64,000 bases of DNA from Oikopleura dioica (lineage: Eukaryota; Animalia; Chordata), in contig OU015567.1 of the NCBI GenBank assembly GCA_907165135.1, positions 1,054,001 through 1,118,000 of the forward strand, in the 5' to 3' direction. How positions within the stretch are numbered: position 1 is the stretch's first letter; each line of letters starts with the position of its first letter. Made by a program: the position numbers and the translations under genes. This document shows, piece by piece, positions 46,322 to 58,900 of the stretch. The notes under the pieces were generated by a model, which worked only from the letters and a program-made list of their open reading frames with translations, searched no databases and had not been told where the DNA came from.

Positions 46322-49300
46322 ATGCCGCTTTCTTTCGGCAGTCTTCGCATTTTTTTTTCGCCTGAGATAGGCATTCTCTATTTGTTGCAGATTATTTGTC
46401 AATAAAACGTCAGCTCTTTTGCTTCACGTTCAGTTGCATTGAAAATCATTTCAACAGGTTGCTTTTCTATTTTGAAGCAATCAACGATGATAACGAGATA
46501 TCAGAGAGGTGCTCAACCAAAATCACAAATCTTTTGGTAAATTTTTTTAAGTATTCATCTTCTTATCTGCATGCAGCGCGTGGAAACCCAAAACAGAACC
46601 CAACTTCAATGATGGCAGCTCTCGTATCGAATGCAAAGAAGGCGATCGCTTCGACGGAACTTGTGAAGATCTGCAAGTTTGTATTGATCAGGGACTCTGT
46701 GATCATGGACAAGATCCATGGGAGAACGCGATTTGTACAAGCTTAAATGACGAATTGAAGTGCTTCTATCAATCCGACTTAAAATATAGTGTATTTGGAT
46801 ATGATCATCGGCCATGCGAAAAAGGTTTATTCAAAAAGTGCATTCGGGGGTACTGCATTGCGCTGCACTGCGCCATCCGGTTCGTAATCAATCGGACAGA
46901 TTATGAGTCCAACTTAGTTTACTTAATTAAACCCGTTCATTGAACGACCAAAGGGAAGAATCTTTTTAAAAGTCTTAACAAAGTCGAGGGTTGGGCCACG
47001 CAATCTCTATGGATCTCTACCGATTTTATATACAAATCTTAATATAGTTAAGAACAACTCTACTGGTAACCTTACTGCTGGCATTGAGAAGTGCTTCCCG
47101 ATCATTTTGAGAATATAGGAACCCGACCACGGTTTAAAAAATCACGATTTTTGAAAAATTTTTTTTGGTCCTTATATAGTTCTGGTGAAGAGTTGAAACT
47201 TTTATGAGAAAATAAAGAATTCATCTTTTTTGGGAAATTTGGAAAATTTCCAAAAAAAAGCAAAAAAAAAAGGTTTTTTCATTTAATTATAAAATTTTTA
47301 CTTGCTTTGGATCAATTTTTCCTCAACGCATAAAAAAAAGCTCGAGGTCTGTTCTTTTATAATCTGGAAGATTAAGGTTAATTCTCAGTCTTAAGGTTTT
47401 CTAAGTATTATCTCAAATTAGGCCTCATTTTCAAAAAATCAACTCAACTTTAATGAGCTCTGTTCGAGACCATGCCCCTTATATAGATATGTGCTCAGTT
47501 GAAAGGCTGTCCATCAATAAATTAAAATTAATAATGATGAAGCTAAGATAAGTGGATACACGACGTTTAGCACAAAGCGACGTTTGGAACAAACGACGTT
47601 TGGAACAAAGCGACGTCTGGAACACTGTTCTAAACGTCGTTTTATTCCAGGCGTCGTTTTATTCTAAATGTCGCTTTTCAGTCTGAAACGCGTGGGCGCC
47701 CAGAACGAATTAGATTGAAACGAGAACAAGTTATTTGCCTGAGTTTTCCTCAAAATATTAATTTCATAAACAATATAAATTCGATAGAATAACAATAATG
47801 ATTATCTTATGATATGTTTACCGAATAAATATATTATTAAACATATATGTATGTGATTTATATATGTAACTTATTCAAAAACCCGAAAAAATCTGATAAG
47901 AATAACCTCAAATAATATTGAATGATATTTAAATGACTCAGAAGAGTGAAAACCTCGTCGGTTTGTGGAAAACGTCGTTTTTCAAACTGATTCTAGTCCA
48001 AATCAAATTTTTGAGAGCGCCTACGCAATTCTTAGGGAAAAGCGACGTTTAGAATATAACGACGCCTGGAATAAAACGACGTTCAGAATATTGTTCTAAT
48101 CGTCGCTTTGTGCTAAACGTACTTGTTCCAAACGTCGCTTTGTTCTAAACGTCGTGTATCCAAGATAAGTGATCTTAATTTTGAGTTCGATCAAATCCGG
48201 TTTTCGGTAAAATGCGAAATAAGGGACCTTTACCGGTTTGTTTATCCATAGAAAACTTAGAGCCATGAGTCATGGCCCATGACCTAAAATATAATAATGT
48301 GAATAAATTTATTGGAAGTGATAAACAATAAGATTTAAGTTTAAAAAGGGCCCCCCTTAATCTTGTTTTAAAGAATATTGGTCCGCGCGAGGCCATTTCG
48401 GAACAAACCGTGGGGGAGCTCTTGAAGATTAAATTTCTTACACGTACGTAAAAACTCCAATAAAAAACATATTTAAGGGCGTAAAACGGTTTTGGAAATA
48501 TTCAATAACGACTTTTTCACTTATCGTGACTGTGAAGGGATAGATGAATGCTTAGCAAATCCCTGCGGTGAAAACTCATTTTGTATTGATCGTTATATCG
48601 GATATGAATGCTTTTGTCTTCGTGGATACGAATATGATGAAATCCAAGGCAAATGTGTTGATGAGAACGAATGTAAATTTGGGTGGGACTCCTGTGGCAT
48701 TTTTCAAAATTGCATAAATACTATTGGATCTTACGAGTGTCAATGCATGGAAAAATATCAATGCTTCTGCGATCCAGTATTATTTCTTGGTTTCCTTTTT
48801 TTTTATAAGTAATTCAGAAACACGAGTTTGATAATGAGCAAAGCGATTGTGAGGACGAACCATTTCCGGAAATAATTTGTAATGATAACCACCCGAATAA
48901 TACCGATAATTGGACATGTGTTGATATTAATTATTGCTTTGATCATGGACTATGTTATGGAATGAATAAAACTGAGGCCGAACATTCTGCTATATGTGCT
49001 CATAATAATGACACCTTCCTCTGCACTGGTTCTTCAAAATGTGAAGAAGGTAAATGCCATTTTTTGACAATCTCAATAATGAAACTTTTTTTTAATTCAG
49101 GCTTCCTGCCAGCAGTTCATTTTGAAGGCTCCAATGTCATCAAAAGCTGCCTCGATATTGATGAATGTGTTCATGGCTTACACGATTGCGAAGGAGGCTC
49201 AAAATGTATTAACACTAATGGAAGCTATAAGTGTGATTGCAAAGAGGAACCATTAGAACCGTCTTCTAGTGATGGATGGGAAGTATGGGAAAGATACCAA

Positions 49301-50332
49301 CAAGAATTCACCTACAACTATTTTTATCCCCCAACCTACAATCAAATGACGAAGAGTTGTGAGGAATACGATCATTGTACATCTTCTCGGTGCAGGAATG
49401 GTATTTGTTCAAACACGGGCTCAAAAGTGAAGCCGTATTTTGAGTGCTCATGCTTTCCAGGATACATAGAAAAGAGAGGATCTTGCGTATTTGACTCTTC
49501 TCTCACGAAGATTTGTGAAAGTGACGGACGAGGTCGGTTATTTTTCTAACTTCATCTAAGCGGTTTTTTAGAGTGTCAATACAGATGTATCGATGACAAA
49601 AATGACGGGTCAAGATGCCTTTGCCCTGAAGGATATATTGAAGTTAATGGACGTTGTGAAGATATAAATGAATGTGAGAATTTTTTAATTGCTCCTTCCG
49701 AAGAAAATTGTGTCAATCTTCACGGATCTTATCGAAATTTAAACATATCTGATTATTTTTTGGATTTCTGTTTTCCGGACGAACCAAACTACTATTCTTA
49801 TGAAAGATCATGTAAGACCCTTTGTTCGAATATAAAAATCAAGTTTCAGCGAACTCATGCGATTTGATGACTGAATGTCCGCCATATTTTCCAGATTGTC
49901 CAAAGTAAGAATCATATCATAAAGGTATAATGTATCTTTATTTAGCCGCATTTCTTTCTATTTTGTAAGTCTTCTGAATATAACAACGCCACATCTCCAG
50001 TTCGTTGGCGAAATTGCCCCTTCAAAAATTGGTGGTGAATATATTGATCACAGCATCGATTTGTACAAAAATGAAGATTTGCCTGAAAATATGGAGAATA
50101 TTAAAAAAATCGTCATCAATCGCCGGAATGATACTTACGCCGAGCTTTACTTCAATGGCACTTTACATCAATCTGACTTGGTTGTCAATATTTTTCTCTA
50201 AAAGATCATATTTTTGTTTAGGATAACTGGATGCCATATGTGATTTACACAGCGACAGATCAGAACACATCAAAAGTCATCCGAGAAGAAATTTTTTATT
50301 ATAATTTTTTTGCGTCAAAATATGATTTCTGA
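46322..50332 (+). CDS. Secreted Ca-binding EGF-repeat protein (fibrillin/fibulin-like repeats)
   Basis: GIDECLANPCGENSFC.., VDENEC..CINTIGSYECQC, LDIDEC..CINTNGSYKCDC, EDINEC. A ~1.65-kb repeat-filled intron lies at about 46825-48477. The start codon is uncertain. Confidence 0.7.
47554..48161. mobile_element. 608-bp Mutator/Foldback-like MITE
   Basis: TIR GGATACACGACGTTTAG with 17-18-bp tandem subrepeats (CGACGTTTGGAACAAAG). 9-bp TSD AAGATAAGT (47545-47553, 48162-48170). Confidence 0.92.
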
Positions 50333-51276
50333 TTTAGAACAATTTTAACCCAATAAAATTCGATTCGTTTTGGTTTATATTTTTCATTTTTATTTGTTTC
50401 TTTTTATTTCTATGATTCGGCATTCGCAATAAAAAATTTTGATGAAAAACATTAGCTTTATCAGGCTTTATTTTTGTTCATCATATTTTAACTTCGCAAA
50501 TGTAGAGTTTGACTCTAATTTTCATCTTCCACGCTATAAAAATTCAGCTAACTTAGTCAATCTGCGCATTTTTTGGAGTGGATATAAAAGGGAATGAAAT
50601 CGAAGAAACTTGTGTTGACATTTTTGACATGCACCGAAACTGAATAAATTTATGATTAAATTGTTCTTTATCTTTGAAATAAATTGTATAAAAAATAATG
50701 ATTTTCGAAAAAACCGCTGATAGAAAATTGCCATGGAAATGAACATTATTTTGTCATCAAACTTTTCTCTCAAAAAATGATTTTATTCGGATACGCATCG
50801 TGCTTTTCCTCTGTAGGAAGCAAAAGTTGAGCTGGAACTGCTCGGTAAGATAAAATCACCCATCAACATAATGAGGAAACAGGGTTGCCGCTGGTGGAGG
50901 AATTCAGTGGAATGACATTTCTGAAATTTAAGAAGCGCCACATCAAATTTAAATTGAATTATCAAAAATTATCGAAGAAACGATATGAAACCATTATAAC
51001 AAGAAAGAACGGACTAAACCAATTTTTGGAAGTGAATTTTTGGATAACCAATAAGATTGCTGTATTTTGCCTACCGGCCAATCAAAACCCTTTCCATAAA
51101 TATCTGTTCCAAAAATTGGTTCTACCCGAAAGAACTGGCCTCTGGAATATTTTAAATCAAGAAAATTTAAGAATAAAAATTTATCCTTTTCTGAAATTTT
51201 AAGAAATAAGAAAAAACTTGTTGTTTTATCAGTTTCTCCATAGTTAGCAATCTCCTTTATCAGCACTTCTATTGTC

Positions 51277-51640
51277 TAACCGCTCGTTTTGCGGTTAAAT
51301 CCCCTGCGCGCGGCTCGGCGGATTTGACGGCGCTTAGTGGGTCCCCTTCACTTGCTCTGCAGCTTTTCGCTTATCAGCGATTTTGAAAGCGAGATTGCGG
51401 CGCTCGGTGGCGCTGCTGCGCCGCGCGCTGGGTCAACTCCTGTCGCGCTCGGCGGGAGACTGGTAGCTCGCCCTACCACCCTGTTCTGCCACCACCGCAA
51501 TTGCAAGTAGTCTGAGTTGAGTACCTTGTTCTAGCCCGGGGCGCTACTCCATCGCTCTGCAATACACCAGGCCCAGCGCCTTAGCACCACCACCAAACGA
51601 GGCGAGCAAGCACCAAGCCCCTTCTGAAATCGCCTCACAA
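51277..51640. ncRNA. Candidate GC-rich non-coding or structured transcript (unassigned)
   Basis: GC-rich island in AT-rich intergenic DNA with no credible ORF and local hairpins. A minus-strand TATA lies at 51791-51798. Confidence 0.3.
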
Positions 51641-51790
51641 CGCTTAGCTACAAGAGAAAATAAGAAAATAGCAGACGCTAGTGGTTTTTGCTCCTCCGAC
51701 TGGTAGAGAGTTTCTTTCGAAGAAAACAAGAAAAAAGAACTGAATAAAGAGATTTTCGAAGACAACGAAGAATTTTCTTGCTGAAAGCTT

Positions 51791-52165
51791 CTATATAACG
51801 TGAGTTTTTTTCCTAGAATTTTTCTAGAACTCGGATTTTATCAGTTTGTTGGTAACAAAAGGAATTAATTGATTTGCGGCGAGAAAAATCTAAAAAATAA
51901 TTTATTTTGGTGGTCTAGATTTTAGACTGAAAAGTCTAGAATATTTTCAAAGATCATTTTTATCTTAAGAGTTATCTAGATTCTTGGGGGATCAATCAAC
52001 TCTAGATCGTCATTATCAAATCTAGAATCTTGACTTTTATTTTTGCAGTAGCATTTTTGCTCTTTTTCTAGATTCTAGAGATAGAGATAGAAACCCTAGA
52101 ATCAAGAGGAAAAATGCTTTCTAGATGAAGCTTTACGATCCTCTAGCAACTAGGATTTATCTAGA
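51791..52165 (-). promoter_or_regulatory. TATA box plus cluster of ten TCTAGA motifs
   Basis: TCTAGA at 51823, 51914, 51935, 51975, 52001, 52021, 52067, 52074, 52120 and 52160. TTATATAG on the minus strand at 51791-51798. Confidence 0.55.
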
Positions 52166-53749
52166 CTAGATCTGTATAGACTATTTATCATTCTAGTCAT
52201 TTAGTATTGATTGAATATTGCGTGAGATTTTTGAAAAAAAAAAACGATATATTATGAAGCTCTTGATTTCGCGGAAAATTTCCGCGGTCTCTTTTGTGGA
52301 GCGCATTAGCTAAATCAGAACCGTTAATGTGGGAGATGCTTTAAATTAGGATGATTGGGATGGTTTGTCAAAGACTTGTCACTTACCGGTCCGTTTTTTC
52401 GGTCTTATTCACGTTTTTTTAGGATTGATACACGGGACAAAGGGTTTACTGTCTGAACAGATACTAGGGAGGTAACCGTTTGGTCAAACAAGAGAGAGTT
52501 ACCCTTAAGACATCCGGTACATGGCCAAGAACTGATACGCCCATGGATTCCGCCGGCAATCGGATTATTTTTAGAATCCAAAAGAAACTAAAAGAGCCTC
52601 ACAATTGCAGTTTTTTTCTCTTATCATCTCAGCGGGAAGCCGATTCCAGCTGATTCTAGATTCTTGATAAAACACCTGTTATGTCAAACGATAAATGAGC
52701 TCGTCACCAAGATCTCAGGGTTAGCTCAATTTGTTGATGATCAAAATCATTTGCTACAAATTCGATTTTCTTGAGTCGAACAAAATTAAAGCCTTTCCTT
52801 TCGAATTTGCCAGAAATAGAAGCAATTTGTTTTTGAAAATCGTGTCTAAAAATGCGGCTGGATTATTTTTGGATACCGAGCGACTTGTACATAATTGGGC
52901 TTTTTGCTCCGGACAAGATCGGTGCTTCATGTTAGAAAGTAGATATTAAGGATGGACACTTTCCGATACATAAATTACTTCCTCACTTTCGATTTCGCTT
53001 ATTTTACTCTTTCGAAAGACCATAATAATAAATTTTATCATAAGAAAAAGAAGATTTTAAACGTTCATTTATACGATTAACTTCCTTAAAGTCTTCGAAA
53101 AACTCAATTGAGTAGATGAGGAATCAGTAGAAATTGAACAAATAAAAAACAAAAAATTTAAGGGTGCAGCCATCGATATTCGCTCAAGAATCAGTTCTCA
53201 AATCAAAATTTCCTCATTCATTTCCAGATAGAGCCTTTTTTCCTCAATTATCTGCAAAAAGTTACGGCATTTTACGATAAGCGTAAAAACCCACGTGACA
53301 CGTGATTGGCCTATCTTATCATTACTTCTGTTTACGGGCGTTCCTTTTCCGTAATTACTTATTTCCAGCTCTCCATCCTTTCAATTTTGAGCAAATCATT
53401 CAGAAAATTCCGCCATCCAAAATTACAATTTACCAAAATACTTCGAACCTAAAAATAAATTCTTGTGAATTCGCCTAAAAACAAGCCCGGACATGGCGAA
53501 CATGGGTTTTATGCTTTACGCAGCAGTTTCTTATTTTTTGATCGAGAAATATACGTTTTGGGAATTGATGGTAAAATTGAGAAATTGGAAAATTGGGGGC
53601 GGATTTCTGACGAAAATTGACATCCGGAAGATAATTTTTTTGAATTTAGGGGAGGATATTTGCTCAATTACTTGATCGGTTTTCTTTATTTTCGGTCAAA
53701 AATTGAGTTAGGGTTTGATAAAGAAATTAAGGAGGTAGCATTCGAAAAA

Positions 53750-54835
53750 CTAAATTTTCAAACTGACTTTTTTCTAAGATTTTCGATGTGATACCCTTAT
53801 TTAATCAGATTAATTGATAAGATATGACCTCAAGAAAAATTTTAAACGAAACATAATGGATTTTAAGGATGTACAATCCGTAAAATTAAATTTTAAAGCT
53901 GACTTTATCCTTGATTTATGGTTTGATACCCTTATTATAAAAGATTAATTGAGAAGCTTAAACTGAAAGCCGAATTTTTCATAAAACTCAGACCATCAAA
54001 TAAGGGTGTCGCTATCATAAAAAAAATCTGAAAACTGTGAATAACAATGGTTTACCCTTAAAATTCATCAATTTTCTGATAGAAAAAATATTTCTTTGAA
54101 CATTGTTTTCATACAAGAAATATCATCGGTATTCCCTTAATTAAAACTCAGCTAGAAAAAATGAAAATGAAAATTAAAATCAAGTCCGAAAAAATGCGCG
54201 CCCCGTTAAATTATACACAAGTCAAAATTACAATTTCGCAAATCGCTTTAGAAAAAAAATAAGCACCTCGGTCTCGTTTTGCTTTTTTCGCGTGAGTGTT
54301 AATTAGCCTCTCGTAGAACATCTTTTTCAAAAATGTCACGATAAACAAGCAAAATTGACAGCGTCCAGGGCAGCTGCTTTTAGACATTTTCGAGAGTTTC
54401 AAATTGGGCACTTCGTTATGAGCGGAAAGTCGGGGCGAAACATGACCGTGCGGTTGAGCGGTACGATCGGACGGGTGATTAAATCCGACTCGACGAGTGA
54501 GGACCGGACAGGATGTTGAAAAATTGGATGAATTCTAGTGCTAATTTTTATAAAAAGACATTTCGTTTTTCGAGCTTATTAATAAACGATTTTTTGAATA
54601 AGGGTATCACTCTCTTAGGTTCAAAGATCAAATCCTTAGGAAAACTATCCAAAATAAGAAAATTTTCTCTGAAAAAGTCTTCCTATGGAAAAAACGATTT
54701 TTTGATTAAGGGTATCACTCTCTTAATTTAACAAATCGAATCTTTAGCAAAAAGTCTCTAAAAATAAGTAAGTATTTCTCTTGAAAAGTCTTATTTTTCA
54801 GTCAAAATAAAGGAAAAAATTAAGGGTATCACTTT
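53750..54835. repeat. Two short diverged tandem duplications centred on GATACCCTTA / TAAGGGTATC
   Basis: A ~135-bp unit x2 (motif at 53790, 53925) and a ~107-115-bp unit x2.3 (motif at 54599, 54707, 54821), in opposite orientations. Confidence 0.65.
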
Positions 54836-55466
54836 TTTGGCTCAATAAAATATCTCTCTATCGACCCGTTCAAGATAAGCACCCTGGATCAAAGCTATCT
54901 TTAGAAACTCCGCTATCATTTTGTACAGCCGGTTAATGCTTGGTTTGGCAAATTGATCCAATAAGGGACCACATTATCATTTTGTGGAAGTGGTAATTTT
55001 CGTCCATTTCCGTGCGTGTCCGAAACGAGATTATCTACCCTCCCGCGCGGTTGATAAAAAGCCAGCTCTCTCTTTTTTTCCTTTTCTGTAGTATTCCCAA
55101 GATACAATCAGCTTTAACTACGTAAGCTTTGTCTAATTAGATTCCATTTCCGGGCGAAAATAAAACCGCTCATGGGGCGTACGAAAATTGCGGCCGCTGT
55201 GAAATTGACTACGTTAGTAATCGGGCGGTCGCGATTCTTGGCGTCTCCTTTTTATGCGCATACGGGTTAACTCGTCGGTCACACCAGCAGTCGAAATATT
55301 CCAGCTGATTTAATTCTTCAATTTTGTGGCGATTTAAAAGAACCTTGAGGTGAAGGCAAAAGGCCGCTGCGCTGGAAAAATTCAAAAAGGATGATATAAG
55401 CAATTATTCTTTTTCAAGCAAAAAAGCACCTCTTTTCTTAAACAAGAGGTCCTTATTTTTGCGAAT

Positions 55467-55638
55467 TGTCAGGAGCCGACAAGAAGTCCCAGGAAATTTC
55501 GCGTGGAAATTTTTGACCAACCAAAAGCCTGAATTCGGCAAACCGGCCAATCAGAAGCCGAGTAAGCTGAATTCAGGCTTCTAATTGGTTGAAAATTTCC
55601 ACGTAAAATTTTTCGGGATTTATCGTCAGTTCCTGACA
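55467..55638. repeat. Degenerate 172-bp palindrome (old MITE-like)
   Basis: TGTCAGGA..TCCTGACA ends. Inner pairs CGTGGAAATTTT/AAAATTTCCACG and AAGCCTGAATTC/GAATTCAGGCTT. No TSD. Confidence 0.7.
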
Positions 55639-55912
55639 CCTCCCCGTTAAATAGAAGCTATTCTTGAGTTCTTTTTATTTTTCAAAACAAAAATTTTTTC
55701 AATTTTTTATCCTAGTCGAACAAATTTGTAGATAAATGTTTTAACATCAGTTTTACTTGTTATATCTTAAAATTCTTGATAACTTGTTTACAATTTTTTC
55801 AAACACGGTTATGCTCGAATCTCGCCGCAATCGACCAAATATTTTCAGTAAAAAGCCAAGCTGTACTTTTCAAGTAACAAGATTCTAAATTTTCTTTTTA
55901 GGACACACGAAA

Positions 55913-58900
55913 ATGCGGATTGTTCCGTCGTTATTCTTTCTCTCGACGATATCAGGTACGAAATTGCGATTTTTCCCTTCTTGAACCTTTTTTTCGACGT
56001 TTATTTTGACGTGAAAAAAGAGGATTTCTAAAAGCAAATCATTTATTTGAGAAGTAAAGACTTTCCAAAATCCGAACTCAAAAATAAAAGCGAAAAAAAA
56101 TTTCTGATTTTTTTTTCAATTTTTTAACTTTTTCTCAAATTTACTTTTCCCTCAAAAATAATTTTTAGGAATTTTGACGATTTTATTTGATGATTTTTCA
56201 ATTTTTTTCTTTGAAAAAGTTTTTTGATTGAATTTACTTTTGCTTCAAAATTTCAGTTTTTTTTTTCGCTACAAGAAAAAATCACGTTAGATAAGTCGGC
56301 TAACGGGCGCGCTAAATGAACAATTTTATCCGAGAGCATATCCGAAAACATCTCCTGCCGATGTCGGACATTTGCCGGACATGCGCGATATTGCGATATC
56401 CGGAAAACCGCCGCATGTTTTTTCACATTGCAGAGCTTTTTTTCGAATCTTTAGGGGAAAAAGCTGTGAAAGCAAGATTTCACAAAATTTTCAAAAAAAT
56501 AGGCTTGGCTCTAGAATCCACACGTGCAGGCGCGGGTGGGGAGATGATCTTTGAATCATCTGCGCAACTCGAGCGGCAAGAGAATATTGGCTTTCGGACA
56601 TCACGTTACCCAAGAAAATTTCTAGTTAGAAAATTTTGAGTCGAAAACTTCGCGCTAAAATAGAATAAGCGAAAATTCTTGCGGATTCGAGTTCTCCCCC
56701 GTTGAGCGACCGAAAAAACCCGAGGCCAATTTAAAGAATTCCGGATTTTGGTCACTTACCCTTATCACGCAAATCCCCCGCTGTGTACCAACGTCGTTCT
56801 TTTTCTAAAAACGACGGTTGATAAGAAGCGGGAAATTAGCGAGGAAGGTACTTTTTGTAATGAAAGGAAGAAGAATGCGTTTTGATAAATAAAAAGACTC
56901 GATAATGAGCTGGCCGCGAAATGGATTTTAGAAATCACGTGACTTCTCCTTTCGTCTCGGAAGCTACAGTAGTTCCACGCAACAACTCTTGAGACAACAT
57001 GATTAAGAATCACCTTTCACGGCTCGGTGAGCTTGCGAGTCACAGACTCCTCAAATCTAATTTTCGGTAGCGCTCATTCTAGCGACAAGCGACTCTAGCG
57101 AACAAATGACATCAGAGGCAGACCGTTAGCCGCCCGCCAAGCGCTCAAGAAACGCTCCAAGCGAAGAGCTCAGCGGCTTAGAGGTTTTGTTGCTTCTTTT
57201 TTTCAAAAAGGAGAGGCGTTTGGTTTCAGTTTTGAAGATTGTGGTCCGTAAAAAATATCAAATAAGACCAAATTTTTGGCTCAAAAAGGAGCACGGCCGA
57301 TTTTTTCAGGACTTACAGTACAAAATTTTCGCCCGTTAAAAATCATGCACAGAAGATCTCATCAGAAAAAGTTAAATATTCACCGAGCTTCGGAGTTTAT
57401 CTCCAGCACCGATGCGCAGCCGGTTGATATCCTTAACCAGCCGGGCCGGAGAGAGCCAATTTGCCTCACTGAATAGCCACTCTTCTGAATTGCCGCTCAC
57501 GGAAGCGAAAATTGACAGTTAAAAGTTTTAAGCGGCGAAGGGAATGGACTTATACAAGAGCAAGAGCGGATGTTAGCCCATTCTAGCGTTTTTACGGTAT
57601 TTCGCCTTTTCTTCTGGCTTTCCTGAAAAAACAATCTTGTCATTTTTTGTCAGAGCGCACTTGAATATCTCGAGAAAATTTCTAGCTCCAGAAATTCGCG
57701 CGATAAAGCTCGGAAGCAATGTGGTTCATAAAATTGCTACTCTAGGTACTTGCTTATCGCGACTGCTTTGGTCGGCCACATCCTTTAAAAATGGCCAGAT
57801 TAAAAAATTATTTGAAATTAAAAAAAGACCTCTAATCCTGTTTTCACAATCGACCACTCCTGAAAGATCTTCAAACGGCGCTAGAAATTATCGGATAAAC
57901 AGCTCGGAAAAATAATCGCGACTTGTCAGAAAGAGATAAAAAAAGCGAAAGAGCGCGGGCGAAATAACCGCAAGAGGCAATAATGTTTTGATTTTTGACT
58001 TGTTTCGACTTTGTTTTATCGGTTTTTCTGGCGCTTCCCACGGAGGATGACGCTGATTTCTTGAGCTTTTTCAACCCTTTTTTTAAGATAAAAGAAAGAA
58101 AAAATGGAAAAAGCGATTTTGAAACTGAAAAAATTGGCATTATATTTAAAAAAAAGTGTGCCGCGAAAATGTGATTTTTTTTCGTGGATTTCTGTTTAGT
58201 AGTAAAACATTCAAGAAATTTGACGGTGCGGCTCCTGTGAAGGGTCGCACGCTCTGAAGTCCTTCTCTCGTCCCTGGTTGATGAGAGGCTGGCTAATGAG
58301 ATATGCGCTCGTTCGAGAAAACGCACTTGGAAGCTATGTCACGTGACCTTCAGCTGTGGTCGGCGTCGCAGAGGATGCTTTTTATAAATTTGATCATTTT
58401 TCTTTCTTTTTTTAAATTGGAATGACGCATACAGAATCATTAAACTATATGTTTTGATATTTTCATGCTAATTTTTTATGAAAAATTCAAAATTTTTAAT
58501 ATTTTTTTCTCTTTTATGGTTTTCAGAAAAAATAAAAATTATTAAATTTTATCAATTTTTCTTTCTAGCGGTTGAAAAAGAAGAAATCGCAGTAACATGC
58601 GGCCAGAAAAAGATCGAAGTCCGTCTGCAAAAGGAATATCTTCTGAAAAACAAGGTCAACGTCCAGAACCGCGAGCAGCTCCACATGGGCGACAACACAG
58701 CTTGTATCCCGATCGAAGAAGAAGATGCTTACAAATTCGTGATCTTCGCTCCCTTCGATTCCTGTTTCACAAAAGTCGAGCACGAAACTGAAGATTACGT
58801 CTTTTCCAACGAAATTTATTTCAATAACACGAGACAAGCAACTCAAGGTAAAAAATGATCCCCGATTTCAAATTCGGCTAGCGGTGATTTTTCAGTTTTC

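Noticed and set aside
47121-48420. Possible outer element with CCACGGTTT/AAACCGTGG ends around the MITE with the 9-bp TSD
   Set aside because: Only a 9-bp inverted match and no TSD, so boundaries cannot be supported.
51267-51282. TTCTATTGTCTAACCG resembles my recollection of the 3' end of the Oikopleura spliced leader
   Set aside because: The match is short and imperfect, does not extend 5', has no following GT donor or Sm site, and is part of a local hairpin.
51471-51477. CCCTACC as a possible telomerase RNA template
   Set aside because: Only 7 nt, does not fit TTAGGG, lies on the strand opposite the TATA, and no pseudoknot could be shown.
51505-51523. Minus-strand ACTCAACTCAGACTACT resembles RNase P RNA CR-V
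   Set aside because: No matching CR-I (GGAAnnTCTGAG) upstream to form helix P4.
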